Position numbers and translations under genes: made by a program. Source: an uncultured archaeon (GTDB lineage: Archaea > Aenigmatarchaeota > Aenigmatarchaeia > QMZP01). From it: 64,000 nucleotides of DNA. Of this stretch, positions 47,762-57,192 are shown one piece after another. The stretch lies in the NCBI GenBank assembly GCA_964607835.1, contig CAZSLL010000005.1:4785-68784 (forward strand), read 5' to 3'. Positions within the stretch are counted from its first letter, which is position 1, and each line of letters starts with the position of its first letter. Under the pieces are notes generated by a model. It worked only from the letters and a program-made list of their open reading frames with translations. It was not told the origin of the DNA and made no database searches.

Positions 47762-48148
47762 TCAGTACACGAACCCCAGGAGCTTTCCTCCTGTCCCTTT
47801 CTCCCTTGCCTCCCTCTGGTCCATGATGCCCTGGGAGGTCGTGAGTATGAGAAAGCCTATGCCCTCTGCCGGAAGGAACCTCTTCTCCCACCTTATGAAC
47901 TCCTGCACAGGGACAGAGAACCTGGGCTTGACCACATTGGCGTTGTTTATCCTGCCCAGGAGCTTTATCCTGAACTTCCCGCCCTTTCCGTCGTTGATGT
48001 ACTCAAACTCTCCAATGTAGCCGTGCTTCTGCATGGCCTTGAGCACGCCCTTGATTACCTTGGACGCGGGCGTGGTGCACTCCTTCCTTCCGATTGCCTC
48101 AGTGTTCTTAACTATGGAGAACACGTCAGCCAGCAAGTCATGTCTCAT
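47762..48148 (-). CDS. rps8: Ribosomal protein uS8
   Basis: It has LLADVFSIVKNTEAIGRKE and HGYIGEFEYINDGKGGK. I chose the start at the internal ATG. Confidence 0.85.
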   Translation of the reverse strand: MRHDLLADVFSIVKNTEAIGRKECTTPASKVIKGVLKAMQKHGYIGEFEYINDGKGGKFRIKLLGRINNANVVKPRFSVPVQEFIRWEKRFLPAEGIGFLILTTSQGIMDQREAREKGTGGKLLGFVY

Positions 48149-48156
48149 ATCATCAC

Positions 48157-48378
48157 CTAATCGAACTTCCTGAACCCGAGCTTCTCGGCCTCCTCCCTGA
48201 AGCACTGCCTGCAGTACAGGAGCCCGTACTTCCTGATTAGCCCGGCCTTCTTGCCGCACTTCCTGCATTCCCGAACGTTCTTGCCGAACTTGCGGTCCTT
48301 TGTCTTGTTGAACCTGTCGTACCTGGCAGCCTTCACAGGCTTGTTTTCTATGGATTTCCTCACTTTCTCGAATGTCAT
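48157..48378 (-). CDS. rps14: Ribosomal protein uS14 (zinc-binding type)
   Basis: It has [25 protein letters not shown]. Confidence 0.85.
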   Translation of the reverse strand: MTFEKVRKSIENKPVKAARYDRFNKTKDRKFGKNVRECRKCGKKAGLIRKYGLLYCRQCFREEAEKLGFRKFD

Positions 48379-48395
48379 GTCGCACCTCTTCCGGG

Positions 48396-48926
48396 CTAGT
48401 AGCCCCTTTCCACCTCGTCTGTCACCTTTATCTGGAAATTATCCTTCATCCACTTCTGAGCATCATCAGGGGTTATCCTGTGGCTCCTGCCGATTCTTCG
48501 GGGCCTGAGCCTCCTCCTGGACACCCTGAAACCCGGCCTTTTGAGTGTGAGGCAGACGTCAAAGCCTATGATTCCGATGTCAGGGTCGTACTTGATGCCC
48601 GGGATGTGGATGTACTCTGCTATGCCGAAGGACACGTTGCCCTGCCTGTCGAACTGCCCTGGCTTCAGCCTGTTCTCCTTGGCCTCCAGGAGCTTCCTTA
48701 TGAGCTCCATGGCCTCCTGGCCCCTTACTGTGACCTTGGCGCCTATGGGCCTTCCCTTGGCCCCTCCGAAGGTGCTCCTCTTTATGGAGTAGGTGGTGAC
48801 CACCTTCTTCTGGGAGAGCTTGGCGAGCAGGGCCTTTCCCTTCTCCAGCCCCGGGCCAGCCTCCCCGGCCCCAATGTTGAGGGTGAGCTTGTCCAGCACT
48901 ATCCTTCGCATGGTGTTCTCTGCCAT
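48396..48926 (-). CDS. rpl5: Ribosomal protein uL5
   Basis: Full-length family similarity ([11 protein letters not shown]..., [11 protein letters not shown]). Confidence 0.85.
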   Translation of the reverse strand: MAENTMRRIVLDKLTLNIGAGEAGPGLEKGKALLAKLSQKKVVTTYSIKRSTFGGAKGRPIGAKVTVRGQEAMELIRKLLEAKENRLKPGQFDRQGNVSFGIAEYIHIPGIKYDPDIGIIGFDVCLTLKRPGFRVSRRRLRPRRIGRSHRITPDDAQKWMKDNFQIKVTDEVERGY

Positions 48927-48936
48927 GTCATCACCC

Positions 48937-49629
48937 TCACTTCTTTGCCTCCGGGTCCTCGGTTATGAATATGTAGTCTCTCAGGGTCTTGATGTCCTTC
49001 TTCCCTGACTCCAGTATCACAGTGGACTTCTCAAGCATGTGCTGCTTCCTCTCGATATCCTTTATCCTTCCCCTGGTACCTGCGTTCCTTCCCGCGGTTA
49101 CTATGCAGTGGGCGCCCTTCTCGAACCTGTGGTGCTTCAGCACCTTCTGGCCCGGGATGGAAATGGTTATTGAGTCTCCCACGCTGTAGGAGTCCTTCTT
49201 GACTAGGATGTTTCTGCTGTCATGGAGGTTGAGCTGCTGGATTCCCTTCTTAAGGGTGGTCTTGCCCGATATCCTGCACAGCTTCTGGGATGCATCCGCC
49301 TCCCTGATCTCCCCGGGAACCAGTCCGCCCTTTCCAGGGAGAATGGCGTAATGCTTCTTGACCTGGGGTATGGAAATCACGTCCATGAGCCCGACAGGGA
49401 AATGGTCATCCTTCCTGGGCTTCTGGTCCACGAGCACGAGCTTCCTGTTCAGGATGTCCCTGGCTTCCTTTGCGTTGTCAGCCAAACCCAGCACGTTCCT
49501 CAGGAGCATCCTCAGGGGTATGCATTCCCTCTTTGCGTGGGGGCCCGGCCTGGGAGTGGCCGCGAACTTGTCGCCCTTCCTTCTCATCTTCCACATGCCG
49601 GGTATTCCCAGCCTCTTTATGTGCGTCAT
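48937..49629 (-). CDS. rps4e: Ribosomal protein S4e
   Basis: The S4e signature is present (HIKRLGIPGMWKM, PVGLMDVISI). Confidence 0.85.
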   Translation of the reverse strand: MTHIKRLGIPGMWKMRRKGDKFAATPRPGPHAKRECIPLRMLLRNVLGLADNAKEARDILNRKLVLVDQKPRKDDHFPVGLMDVISIPQVKKHYAILPGKGGLVPGEIREADASQKLCRISGKTTLKKGIQQLNLHDSRNILVKKDSYSVGDSITISIPGQKVLKHHRFEKGAHCIVTAGRNAGTRGRIKDIERKQHMLEKSTVILESGKKDIKTLRDYIFITEDPEAKK

Positions 49630-49633
49630 ATCA

Positions 49634-50233
49634 TCACTTTTTCTCTTTCAGCTCCGCTTTCTGCGCGGGGGCTGCTGACTCCTCCGCTTTCTGCGCGGGG
49701 GCTGCTGACTCCTCCGCTTTCTGCGCGGGGGGCTTCTCTGTTTTCCTCTCCCCTCTCTTCGGGGGAGACTCTTTCTGCTCCCCTCTCTTCGGGGGAGACT
49801 CTGTCTGCTCCCCTCTCTTCGGGGGAGACTTTTCAGAGCGCTCCAGTATGGCCTGCCTCTTCTTGTCATCCAGCTTGAGCTTCGTTATCATTATGTTCGA
49901 GGGCTGCAGCGGCATGTGCACCTCTGAGCCGTCGCTCTTCTTGGTTTTGAGCTCCTCCACGTATACCCTGCTCTTCCCAACATCGACCCGGTCAACGGTC
50001 CCGAGCTTCTTCCTGAGGGAGCCCCTGAGGACCTTTACCTCGTCTCCCTTGCGAACCCGCATGGACCTCCTGCTGTAGCGCTTCCTGAGCTCAGGGGACA
50101 GGTGCACGGAGAGGAAGGACTGCCTCACATGGGACGGGGCGTTGAGCCTGTATTTCCTCTGCTTCCTGGGCTGGACGCTCGCCAGCCAGCTCTTTGACCA
50201 GTTCTTAATCATGCCTATCTTCCTCTCCTTCAC
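49634..50233 (-). CDS. rpl24: Ribosomal protein uL24 with a C-terminal repeat extension
   Basis: The KOW region is VRKGDEVKVLRGSLRKKLGTV. The C-terminus has three copies of SPPKRGEQxE and three of APAQKAEES. Confidence 0.8.
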   Translation of the reverse strand: MKERKIGMIKNWSKSWLASVQPRKQRKYRLNAPSHVRQSFLSVHLSPELRKRYSRRSMRVRKGDEVKVLRGSLRKKLGTVDRVDVGKSRVYVEELKTKKSDGSEVHMPLQPSNIMITKLKLDDKKRQAILERSEKSPPKRGEQTESPPKRGEQKESPPKRGERKTEKPPAQKAEESAAPAQKAEESAAPAQKAELKEKK

Positions 50234-50377
50234 CGTATCCGGCCGGCCTCACCGGCATGTATCCCTTCTCTTCCATGCGGGAATCATATACAGACCAGTT
50301 TTCTCCAACTTTCCCGAGCATCCACTCATCCACGGGCCTTCCGTTCACCTTCAGTGTCGGGGTTTTTTCGAAAATCA

Positions 50378-50776
50378 TCATACCACCTGTTTTGATATCT
50401 TGCCTATGGTGGAGAACCTCTCGACAGCCTCCCTTGCCACAGGGCCCTTGACGAGCGAGCCCCTTGCCTCGCCCTTGTCGTTTATGAGCACAACGGCGTT
50501 GTCCTCGAACGATACCCTCAGGCCGCTGGCCCTCCTGTAGGGCCTCCTCTGCCTTATGACAACGGCCTTGTGGACCTCATGCCTTACCTTGACCTCGCCC
50601 TTTATGACCTTGACGTTGACCCAGCTCGCCACCCCCGCGGCGGGCTTGGTGAGCCTCTTGCCCTTGTACCCCTTTACGGATATTATCTGCACTATCTTGG
50701 CGCCGCTGTTGTCAGCGCAAACCAGCTCAGCGCCTACCGGAAGGCCCCTTGTTATCCTGGTGGAGATAGCCTTCAT
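50378..50776 (-). CDS. rpl14: Ribosomal protein uL14
   Basis: It has LVCADNSGAK and the uL14 signature. Confidence 0.9.
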   Translation of the reverse strand: MKAISTRITRGLPVGAELVCADNSGAKIVQIISVKGYKGKRLTKPAAGVASWVNVKVIKGEVKVRHEVHKAVVIRQRRPYRRASGLRVSFEDNAVVLINDKGEARGSLVKGPVAREAVERFSTIGKISKQVV

Positions 50777-50785
50777 GAAAATCAC

Positions 50786-51268
50786 CTATTTGCCTGTCTC
50801 CCCTTTCTTGGGGCGAGACTTCCCGGCCTCCTTTTTGGATACAGGTTTTTCCTGGGATTTGTCTGGAGATGACTTCTTCTCAGAGGCCTTCTTCACTGCC
50901 TCCTCCTCAATCTCAGCCACCTTGAACTCTGTCTGCTCCACTTTCCTCTTGGGAACGGCAACCACCACGAAGCTCTTGGTCTTGGAGAGGGGCCTGCACT
51001 CCGCTATGACCACCTCGTCGCCGTCCCTGGCCTTCTGGCAGGGCGGGTTGTATGCTACCACCCTGCTCCTGCGCCTCTCGTACCTCTCGTACTTTGGAAC
51101 GAGCTTGGTGTAGCCCCATTCTACAATGACTGTCCGCCTGGCCTTGGATGACCTGACCACTCCCTGGAAGGTCCTTCCCCTGACTGACAGGTTTCCGTGC
51201 CATGCACATTTCCTGTCATCGCACTCCCTCTCAGGGGGCTTCACTGGTATCCCGATGCTCTTCCTCAT
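50786..51268 (-). CDS. rps17: Ribosomal protein uS17 with a C-terminal Lys/Glu-rich tail
   Basis: It has GIPVKPPERECDDRKCAWHGNLSVRG, consistent with archaeal uS17. Confidence 0.8.
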   Translation of the reverse strand: MRKSIGIPVKPPERECDDRKCAWHGNLSVRGRTFQGVVRSSKARRTVIVEWGYTKLVPKYERYERRRSRVVAYNPPCQKARDGDEVVIAECRPLSKTKSFVVVAVPKRKVEQTEFKVAEIEEEAVKKASEKKSSPDKSQEKPVSKKEAGKSRPKKGETGK

Positions 51269-51520
51269 GCACTCTTTCTCCTCGACTGCAAGCACTCCTG
51301 CATACATTCCGGTTCGATATCACGAACGGTGCTGACTCCTCACCCGGCAGTGCGGGCAGAGCGTATTCACATGTAGAGAAACAATCAAGCCTCTCTACCT
51401 TCACCGGACCGCGGCCCGGTGGTGGGTAACTCAGCCTATCGCTAGGTAGCATGCCTTTAAACACGCTCTGTGAGTTAACTAATTAGATGCACCACTGTAT
51501 TTAAAAAGCTTTTGCAGAGG

Positions 51521-51799
51521 CTACCATTTCCTCTGCTTCTTCTTGACCCTGTCCTCTGGCCTGGCCACCAGCAGGCTTCCCCTGACCCTCACCCACTGGC
51601 CCGAGGGAATTCGGAAAGAGAAGACGCACTGGTCCTTGGGGAGGTGGCTCACCTTACCCTGGGATTCTATGGAGAGCATGTTCCTGGACTCGTCCACCAC
51701 CCTGCCGCCTATGCCCGTGTGGGCTGGGTTGGAGGACTGCGTGACCTTGACCTCCAGGCCCACGAGCTCGTGCCTGACCAGGTTCTCAGGGGTTATCAT
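51521..51799 (-). CDS. rnp1: RNase P protein component Rpp29 (Pop4)
   Basis: It has ELVGLEVKVTQSSNPAHTGIGGRVVDESRN, and sits in the canonical position between S17 and SUI1. Confidence 0.75.
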   Translation of the reverse strand: MITPENLVRHELVGLEVKVTQSSNPAHTGIGGRVVDESRNMLSIESQGKVSHLPKDQCVFSFRIPSGQWVRVRGSLLVARPEDRVKKKQRKW

Positions 51800-52011
51800 G
51801 CTATATTATTGGATTCCGGAATTAATATGCTTGAAAAAGCCTGGCAACAAGGTTTATCAAGGTTATTAACCAGGAATCCAGCCTACCAGGTATTCTGGAC
51901 AGCCTACTGGGGGCTGGCATCACTGCTTATCATGGCATATATAATGAGCATCTGAACCCAGCAAGAGCAGGGGCTAGAACCAGTTCCATTGCCAGCGGTT
52001 CGGATGGACAG

Positions 52012-52317
52012 CTATGCGACCTCAATCTGGTCCCTAGAGAATCCCAGCTTGACCAGGACCTCAAGGACCTTGTTCCTGTGGTTTCCCTGGAGCTCTATAA
52101 CGTTTCCCTTTAGAGTGCCTCCGCAAGCAAGCCTGTTCTTGAGCTCTTTCAGAATCCGCTTGTTGTCAGAGTCCTTGCCGATTCCCTCGACAACGGTTAT
52201 GTGCTTTCCGTATCTTCTCCTGTCCACCGAGACCCGTATGCTTTCCTTCTCCTTCGCTATGGTCTCGCATGCGCAGAGTTCCTTGGGAAGACCGCATTTT
52301 TCGCAGATTTTATCCAT
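52012..52317 (-). CDS. sui1: Translation initiation factor SUI1/aIF1
   Basis: It has KHITVVEGIG and GGTLKGNVIELQGNHRNKV. Confidence 0.85.
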   Translation of the reverse strand: MDKICEKCGLPKELCACETIAKEKESIRVSVDRRRYGKHITVVEGIGKDSDNKRILKELKNRLACGGTLKGNVIELQGNHRNKVLEVLVKLGFSRDQIEVA

Positions 52318-52537
52318 TAGCCTTCTTTCCCTCCGGATTTACAGACCTCTCCCTCTCGATGGTGAGAATTCTCGCAATGCTTCGCCTGGTGTGCTTTATC
52401 TGTCCGGGAGAAGTCACGGAAGCCCCTATGTTTATCTTTGCCCGCTCCTTCGAGAGCCCGAGCCGTAGCTCGTCAAGCTTCTTCCGGGCGTCCTTGCTGT
52501 CAAGCTTCCTTATGTCCTTTTTCTTCATGGTTGCCAT
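52310..52537 (-). CDS. rpl29: Ribosomal protein uL29
   Basis: It is small and basic, with a KELRxxxxxEL-type uL29 signature, and sits in the conserved position. Confidence 0.75.
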   Translation of the reverse strand: MATMKKKDIRKLDSKDARKKLDELRLGLSKERAKINIGASVTSPGQIKHTRRSIARILTIERERSVNPEGKKANG

Positions 52538-52585
52538 ATGTTCACTTCATAATTGTTTAGAATGATTTAAATTGGTGCCTGGGGC

Positions 52586-53572
52586 TCACTCCTTCTCGGT
52601 TTCCTTTGGAGGCTTATCCTCTTCCTTCTTCTCTGCGGGCTTTTCCCCTGACTCCTCCTTCTTGGGCCCGGGTTTCTTTTCATCGGGCTTATTTTCCGGT
52701 ATCTCTTTCACAGGCCCATCTTTTCCGGCTTCTTTGGGCTTCTCCTCCAACTCCGCTTTCTGCGCGGGGGCTGATGACTCCTCCGCTTTCTTTACGGGTT
52801 TTCCCTCTTTCTTTTCCGAATCCTTTTCTGGCTTCTTCCCGGACTCTTCCTTCTTGGCAGGGGAAGGCTTTTCTGCTCCCTTCTCTGTCTGCTCCCCTCT
52901 CTTCGGGGGAGACTCTGTCTGCTCCCCTCTCTTCGGGGGAGACTCTTTTTCCTTGTCCTCCCCGCTCACGTCAATCCTGTGCTCCACCTTGTCCCTTATC
53001 TCGCCTGTGATGTCCTGGAACTTGCTCATTATCTTGACCTTGACCCCAATCTTTCCCGGCCTGGTCTGGGCCTCCTCGAAGCCTGAGTCCACCAGGGTCC
53101 TGGCTGGCTCGCCGCAGTGCTTGAGATAGCCCTCCTGGAACTTGCCCACCACGCCCTTTCCGCCGCCCAGCTTGCCGGATATCACTATCTGGGCACCTAT
53201 GGCGCCTGAGTTCATGATTCTCTTCATGGTGAGGTTCCCTATTTTCTTGTAGTTGTACCCCTTCTCCAGGGCGGAGGAAATCTGCTTGGCAACTATCCTA
53301 GAGTCGAGGTTGGGGTTCTTTATGACCTTGACGTCCAGCTGGGGGTTGTCCAGGCCAAACCTCAGCTTGATGGCCTCGGTCATGTCATTGATGTTCTTGC
53401 CGCCCTTGCCGATTATCCTTCCGGGCTTGTTAGTGTAAATGAGAATCTTGAGCCCCAGGGGAGTCCTCTGGAGTTCGGTCTTGGAGTAGTCCCCAAGCGG
53501 GAACTTCTTCCTTATGAACTCGTCTATCTGGGCCTCCTTTATTCCCTGGTTGATGAAGAAATCCTTAATCAT
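52586..53572 (-). CDS. rps3: Ribosomal protein uS3 with a long C-terminal repeat extension
   Basis: It has a KH domain (GRIIGKGGKNIND) and the S3 C-domain. The C-terminal 120 aa contain KESPPKRGEQTESPPKRGEQTE and SSAPAQKAE. Confidence 0.85.
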   Translation of the reverse strand: MIKDFFINQGIKEAQIDEFIRKKFPLGDYSKTELQRTPLGLKILIYTNKPGRIIGKGGKNINDMTEAIKLRFGLDNPQLDVKVIKNPNLDSRIVAKQISSALEKGYNYKKIGNLTMKRIMNSGAIGAQIVISGKLGGGKGVVGKFQEGYLKHCGEPARTLVDSGFEEAQTRPGKIGVKVKIMSKFQDITGEIRDKVEHRIDVSGEDKEKESPPKRGEQTESPPKRGEQTEKGAEKPSPAKKEESGKKPEKDSEKKEGKPVKKAEESSAPAQKAELEEKPKEAGKDGPVKEIPENKPDEKKPGPKKEESGEKPAEKKEEDKPPKETEKE

Positions 53573-53952
53573 TATCTCGCCTCCAGAACGACCTGCAGGT
53601 TTGTGACCTTGGCCTGTTCCCTCCTTCTCTTCCATCCCCTTGGTCTGAAGAAGCTGAACCCCCTGTGTGCAGTGGCGTGGATGTGCATGCTCTCTGTGTC
53701 AAGGCCCTGGCCCTCGGCGTTGGCCTCTGCTGACTTGACTATGTCGAGTATGCTCCTGGTGGCATTGGTGTAGTACTTGCCGCCGATGCTCTTCCTCTCA
53801 TCCAGAAGGTCCTGGAGGAAGGCCTTTCCCTTCTCCAGCCTCATGCCGGTGAGGCTCCTGCAGACAGTGACCGAGCTCTTTGGGGATATTCTCAGGCCTC
53901 GCCCGAAGGCCCTCGCGGACTTCTTCCTGTCTGCCTTGTTTGCGTATTCCAT
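53572..53952 (-). CDS. rpl22: Ribosomal protein uL22
   Basis: YANKADRKKSARAFGRGLRISPK...CRSL matches uL22. Confidence 0.8.
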   Translation of the reverse strand: MEYANKADRKKSARAFGRGLRISPKSSVTVCRSLTGMRLEKGKAFLQDLLDERKSIGGKYYTNATRSILDIVKSAEANAEGQGLDTESMHIHATAHRGFSFFRPRGWKRRREQAKVTNLQVVLEAR

Positions 53953-53963
53953 GACTATGCTCC

Positions 53964-54329
53964 TTATATCAGGTCCGGGTCTCCTCCTGATTCCAGGTAC
54001 TGCCTCACGTCCCTGCTGCCCCATGCGCCAGGCCTTGGACCAGGCCTGTGCAAGGAAGGGTTCCTGTTACCGTATATCATGATGACGTTGCCTTTGCCAT
54101 GGGCACCGTAGCTCTGCTCCAGGTCCATCTCTCCCCAATGGGCAGTGCCTTTTTCCATGGCACGCAGCTCAGGGTCAATGTTTGCCGAAAGGCGTCCTTT
54201 CATCAGGAAATCCCTTGTAACCGGAATCTCTGTGTCGGGGATTTCCTGACCAGAAGGCCCGGTATCGCCTATGATTTCAACGTCTCCGTATTTACCGGGC
54301 TTCACGGTCTCTATCCTCGAGTCATCCAT
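53964..54329 (-). CDS. Orphan hypothetical protein inserted between uS19 and uL22
   Basis: 121 aa with coding-like codon usage. I recognise no family. Its position is atypical for this conserved cluster. Confidence 0.4.
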   Translation of the reverse strand: MDDSRIETVKPGKYGDVEIIGDTGPSGQEIPDTEIPVTRDFLMKGRLSANIDPELRAMEKGTAHWGEMDLEQSYGAHGKGNVIMIYGNRNPSLHRPGPRPGAWGSRDVRQYLESGGDPDLI

Positions 54330-54339
54330 GCTTTCACCT

Positions 54340-54723
54340 CTACTTCAGGGGCACGTACTTGCTGGACCTGGTGGCGCCGAATCCAGGCGATGAGTGCTTG
54401 ACCATCTTCCTGGTGGTCACGAACTCCCCAATCCTGTTTCCGAGGTGCTCGGGCCTTATGTCCAGCGTGACGTACTCCTTTCCGTTGTACACCCCCAGCT
54501 TCGCTCCGAGCAGCTGGGGCACTATAACCATCTCCCTGGCGTGGGTCTTCCTGAACTTGTCCGGGTTCTTCTGGACCTTCTCCAGGAGCTTCTTCTCGGT
54601 CTCAGTGAAGCCCCTCTTAAGGCTCCTCCTCTCCCTGGAGCCGCAGAGCTTGGCGAACTCCTCGACCGGCATTCCCTTGAGCTGGTCCAGGCCAACTCCC
54701 CTGAAAGTGAATTCCCTTGCCAT
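54340..54723 (-). CDS. rps19: Ribosomal protein uS19
   Basis: It has MAREFTFRG...RSLKRGF and LGEFV.TR. Confidence 0.85.
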   Translation of the reverse strand: MAREFTFRGVGLDQLKGMPVEEFAKLCGSRERRSLKRGFTETEKKLLEKVQKNPDKFRKTHAREMVIVPQLLGAKLGVYNGKEYVTLDIRPEHLGNRIGEFVTTRKMVKHSSPGFGATRSSKYVPLK

Positions 54724-54796
54724 GTTAATCCTTTCCTTCCGCTTCCAGCCAACCCCGGTTCCCTGGGAACCGGCAGGCAATCGGAAGCGGCATGCT

Positions 54797-55213
54797 TTAG
54801 ACTCTCCTTCCCCTCCTGCCCCCGGCCTTCCTGGTGGTGTCGTGGGGTATTGGGGTCACGTCCTCAATCTTTCCAATCCTGAGGCCTCCCCTTACCAGGG
54901 CCCTTATGGCGGGCTGGGCACCCTGGCCTGGCATCCTTTTCTTGTGGCCTCCCGGGGCGCGTATCCTGAGGTGGATTCCCATGATTCCCTTGTTCAGGGC
55001 GTCACTGGCCGCCTTCTTGGCAGCAATCATGGCAGGGAACGGGGAGCCCTTGTCCTTGTCCCTGTTGGTGACCATGCCCCCGCTGAACTTGGATATGGTC
55101 TCGGCTCCTGTGAGGTCTGTGATGTGGATGACCGTGTTGTTCTCTGAGGAATATATATGGGCTACTCCCCACCTTCTCCTGGGCTGCTGGGCCTGCTCTT
55201 CCATGTCATCCAC
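54797..55213 (-). CDS. rps11: Ribosomal protein uS11
   Basis: It has [23 protein letters not shown]. Confidence 0.85.
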   Translation of the reverse strand: MDDMEEQAQQPRRRWGVAHIYSSENNTVIHITDLTGAETISKFSGGMVTNRDKDKGSPFPAMIAAKKAASDALNKGIMGIHLRIRAPGGHKKRMPGQGAQPAIRALVRGGLRIGKIEDVTPIPHDTTRKAGGRRGRRV

Positions 55214-55661
55214 CCCTTATCCTTATCTTTCCCTCTTCCTCGCTCTCCACGAGGTAGGAGGGGAACTTCACCCTCCTGTCATCAATCATGACGTTTCCGT
55301 GTGTTACCATCTGCCTGGCGTGCAGAGGGGTCTGGGCCAGCCTCATCTTGGAAACCACTGTCTGGAGCCTCCTGTCCAGTATGCTTGTTATCTGAAGGGC
55401 GAGCACGTCATCGAGCTCTGCCTGCTTGCTGAGCATCCCCAGCTTCACGAGCCTGTCGAGCAGGGTCTTCTGCTTTTCAGGGTCCTCTGCAGAGATGAGC
55501 TCCCTGGCCCTTCGCCTGAACTGCCTCAGTATCTCCTGTGCCCTCCAGAATTCCCTCTTGCTCCTGAGGCCGTAGTTGCGCATGAGGTTCTTCTCCTCTT
55601 CTATCCTGATGGAGTCGTAGGGCTTCTTGGGCCGCTTGAACTTCTTCCTGATGGTCCTCAT
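55206..55661 (-). CDS. rps4: Ribosomal protein uS4
   Basis: Full-length family similarity ([11 protein letters not shown]...). Confidence 0.85.
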   Translation of the reverse strand: MRTIRKKFKRPKKPYDSIRIEEEKNLMRNYGLRSKREFWRAQEILRQFRRRARELISAEDPEKQKTLLDRLVKLGMLSKQAELDDVLALQITSILDRRLQTVVSKMRLAQTPLHARQMVTHGNVMIDDRRVKFPSYLVESEEEGKIRIRGG

Positions 55662-55665
55662 GCTA

Positions 55666-56133
55666 TCACTTGCCTCCCTTCTTCCTGCTCACGCCCACGG
55701 TCTTGCCCCTCCTGAAGGCGCCCCTGGTCCTCTGGCCCCTCACCGGAAGGTGCTGGATGTGCCTGACACCCCGGTAGGTCTTGTTCTTCTTCATCCTGTC
55801 AATATCCATCTTCTGTGTGAAGTCGAGGTTGGACACAGAAAAGTGGGAGGTCCTCCCGGTAACGGGGTCGAGCCTCCTGTTAAACATCCACTCAGGGATG
55901 CTGTGCTTGTGGGGATTGAGAATTATCTCCTCGAGTTGCTTGAGCTCGGCTTCGGTCAGGTCAGCGAGCTTCTTGTCGCCAAAGCCCGATATCTTGCATA
56001 TGGCGTTGGAGAACATGAACGACACGCCCTTCACGCTTCTTATGGCTGTCTTCACGGGCTTGCTTCCGTCGATGTTGGTCTCTGCAAGCCTGATAATCTG
56101 CTGCGTGGGTTTGCGTGTCCTGTCCTCGGCCAT
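55666..56133 (-). CDS. rps13: Ribosomal protein uS13
   Basis: It has IRLAETNIDGSKPV, GVRHIQHLPVRGQRT and the rest of the uS13 signature. Confidence 0.85.
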   Translation of the reverse strand: MAEDRTRKPTQQIIRLAETNIDGSKPVKTAIRSVKGVSFMFSNAICKISGFGDKKLADLTEAELKQLEEIILNPHKHSIPEWMFNRRLDPVTGRTSHFSVSNLDFTQKMDIDRMKKNKTYRGVRHIQHLPVRGQRTRGAFRRGKTVGVSRKKGGK

Positions 56134-56268
56134 GGTAAGCTCCCTCCGGCTCTTGCGTGCCGGGAGCGGTATAGCGTCAATAGACGCCTGCAATGATGGC
56201 AAAACCGCTGCCATCAAAAAGCCATGTCATTAGTATGAGGTAAGGTATTTAAATGTGTTGGGAAGGTT

Positions 56269-57135
56269 TTATTGCAGAATATGGCTGAGCTTTATTGCAT
56301 CAGGATTTTTCCTGAGCTTCCTTTTGGCCTTCTCAATCTTCTGCCTAACAGCCTCGCCGCTATCCAGGTATTTCTCGGCAATTTCCCTGGGCCTAAGCTT
56401 ATTGAACACATTCTCCTCGAAATATACCCTCTCCCATGTGTCCAGTGACGAGAGTATATTATCGCAGAGCCCCGCCATCTGCTCTTTCGCCGCCTCATCT
56501 TCTGGCAGGCTGTCTACTGAAGGCACAAAGTCTATAAGCGAAGCATCGCTTTCAGGAAAAGAGGCATCAAGGCTAAGGTAGTATGGATGGCCCGCATTGT
56601 TGCGCATCAGCTCAAGCTCATAAAGGCTGAATGTGGCGTCAATCTCTCTCTGGATTTCCTCTGCATTCTCAGGGATTCTCTGCATATCCTCGAGCATACC
56701 CAGATACCTGCGAATCCTTTTCTGGAGAATTGGCCCGATCCTGTATGCCCCCCTGTTGTCTGTGATATAGCTGAATATTTTAAATCTTATCCAAGAGGTA
56801 AGATATGTGCTCGGCATTAAGCCCCTTTCGGGCTCGTATTTCTCCAGGCCCCTCAGAAGCCCCATGTTTCCCTCCTGAACGAGATCCATTAACGGGAACC
56901 CGGGCCCAGAATACATTCCTGCAACCTGCCTGACCATCCTCTGGCATCCCTCGACAAGCTCTTCCCTGGCTTTGCTGGCAGACTCTTTGTCACCGTTTTT
57001 CATGGCAAAGTGAACCGAATCAAAGGCTTGCTTGTCAAAATAGAGCCTTCCCGAGAAATCTGCCTCCTTGCTGTAATGATACTCAGTGTCATCGGTATGG
57101 AAAGGCCCTGTATAGGGCTTGCTTCTCTGTTTCAT
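56269..57135 (-). CDS. Sigma-70-family RNA polymerase sigma factor-like protein (regions 2, 3 and 4)
   Basis: Region 2 is MDLVQEGNMGLLRGLEKYEPERGLMPSTYLTSWIRFKI (compare DLIQEGNIGLMKAV.KF...STYATWWIR). A region-3-like segment is SLDASFPESDASLIDFV. Region 4.2 is ...KLRPREIAEKYLDSGEAVRQKIEKAKRKLRK. It lies directly upstream of, and co-directional with, S13-S4-S11. Confidence 0.7.
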   Translation of the reverse strand: MKQRSKPYTGPFHTDDTEYHYSKEADFSGRLYFDKQAFDSVHFAMKNGDKESASKAREELVEGCQRMVRQVAGMYSGPGFPLMDLVQEGNMGLLRGLEKYEPERGLMPSTYLTSWIRFKIFSYITDNRGAYRIGPILQKRIRRYLGMLEDMQRIPENAEEIQREIDATFSLYELELMRNNAGHPYYLSLDASFPESDASLIDFVPSVDSLPEDEAAKEQMAGLCDNILSSLDTWERVYFEENVFNKLRPREIAEKYLDSGEAVRQKIEKAKRKLRKNPDAIKLSHILQ

Positions 57136-57192
57136 CTTCTGTCTGGTTCTTTTCGGAAATATTTAAAGCCTTGCTCAGTCAGTGTATATGCC

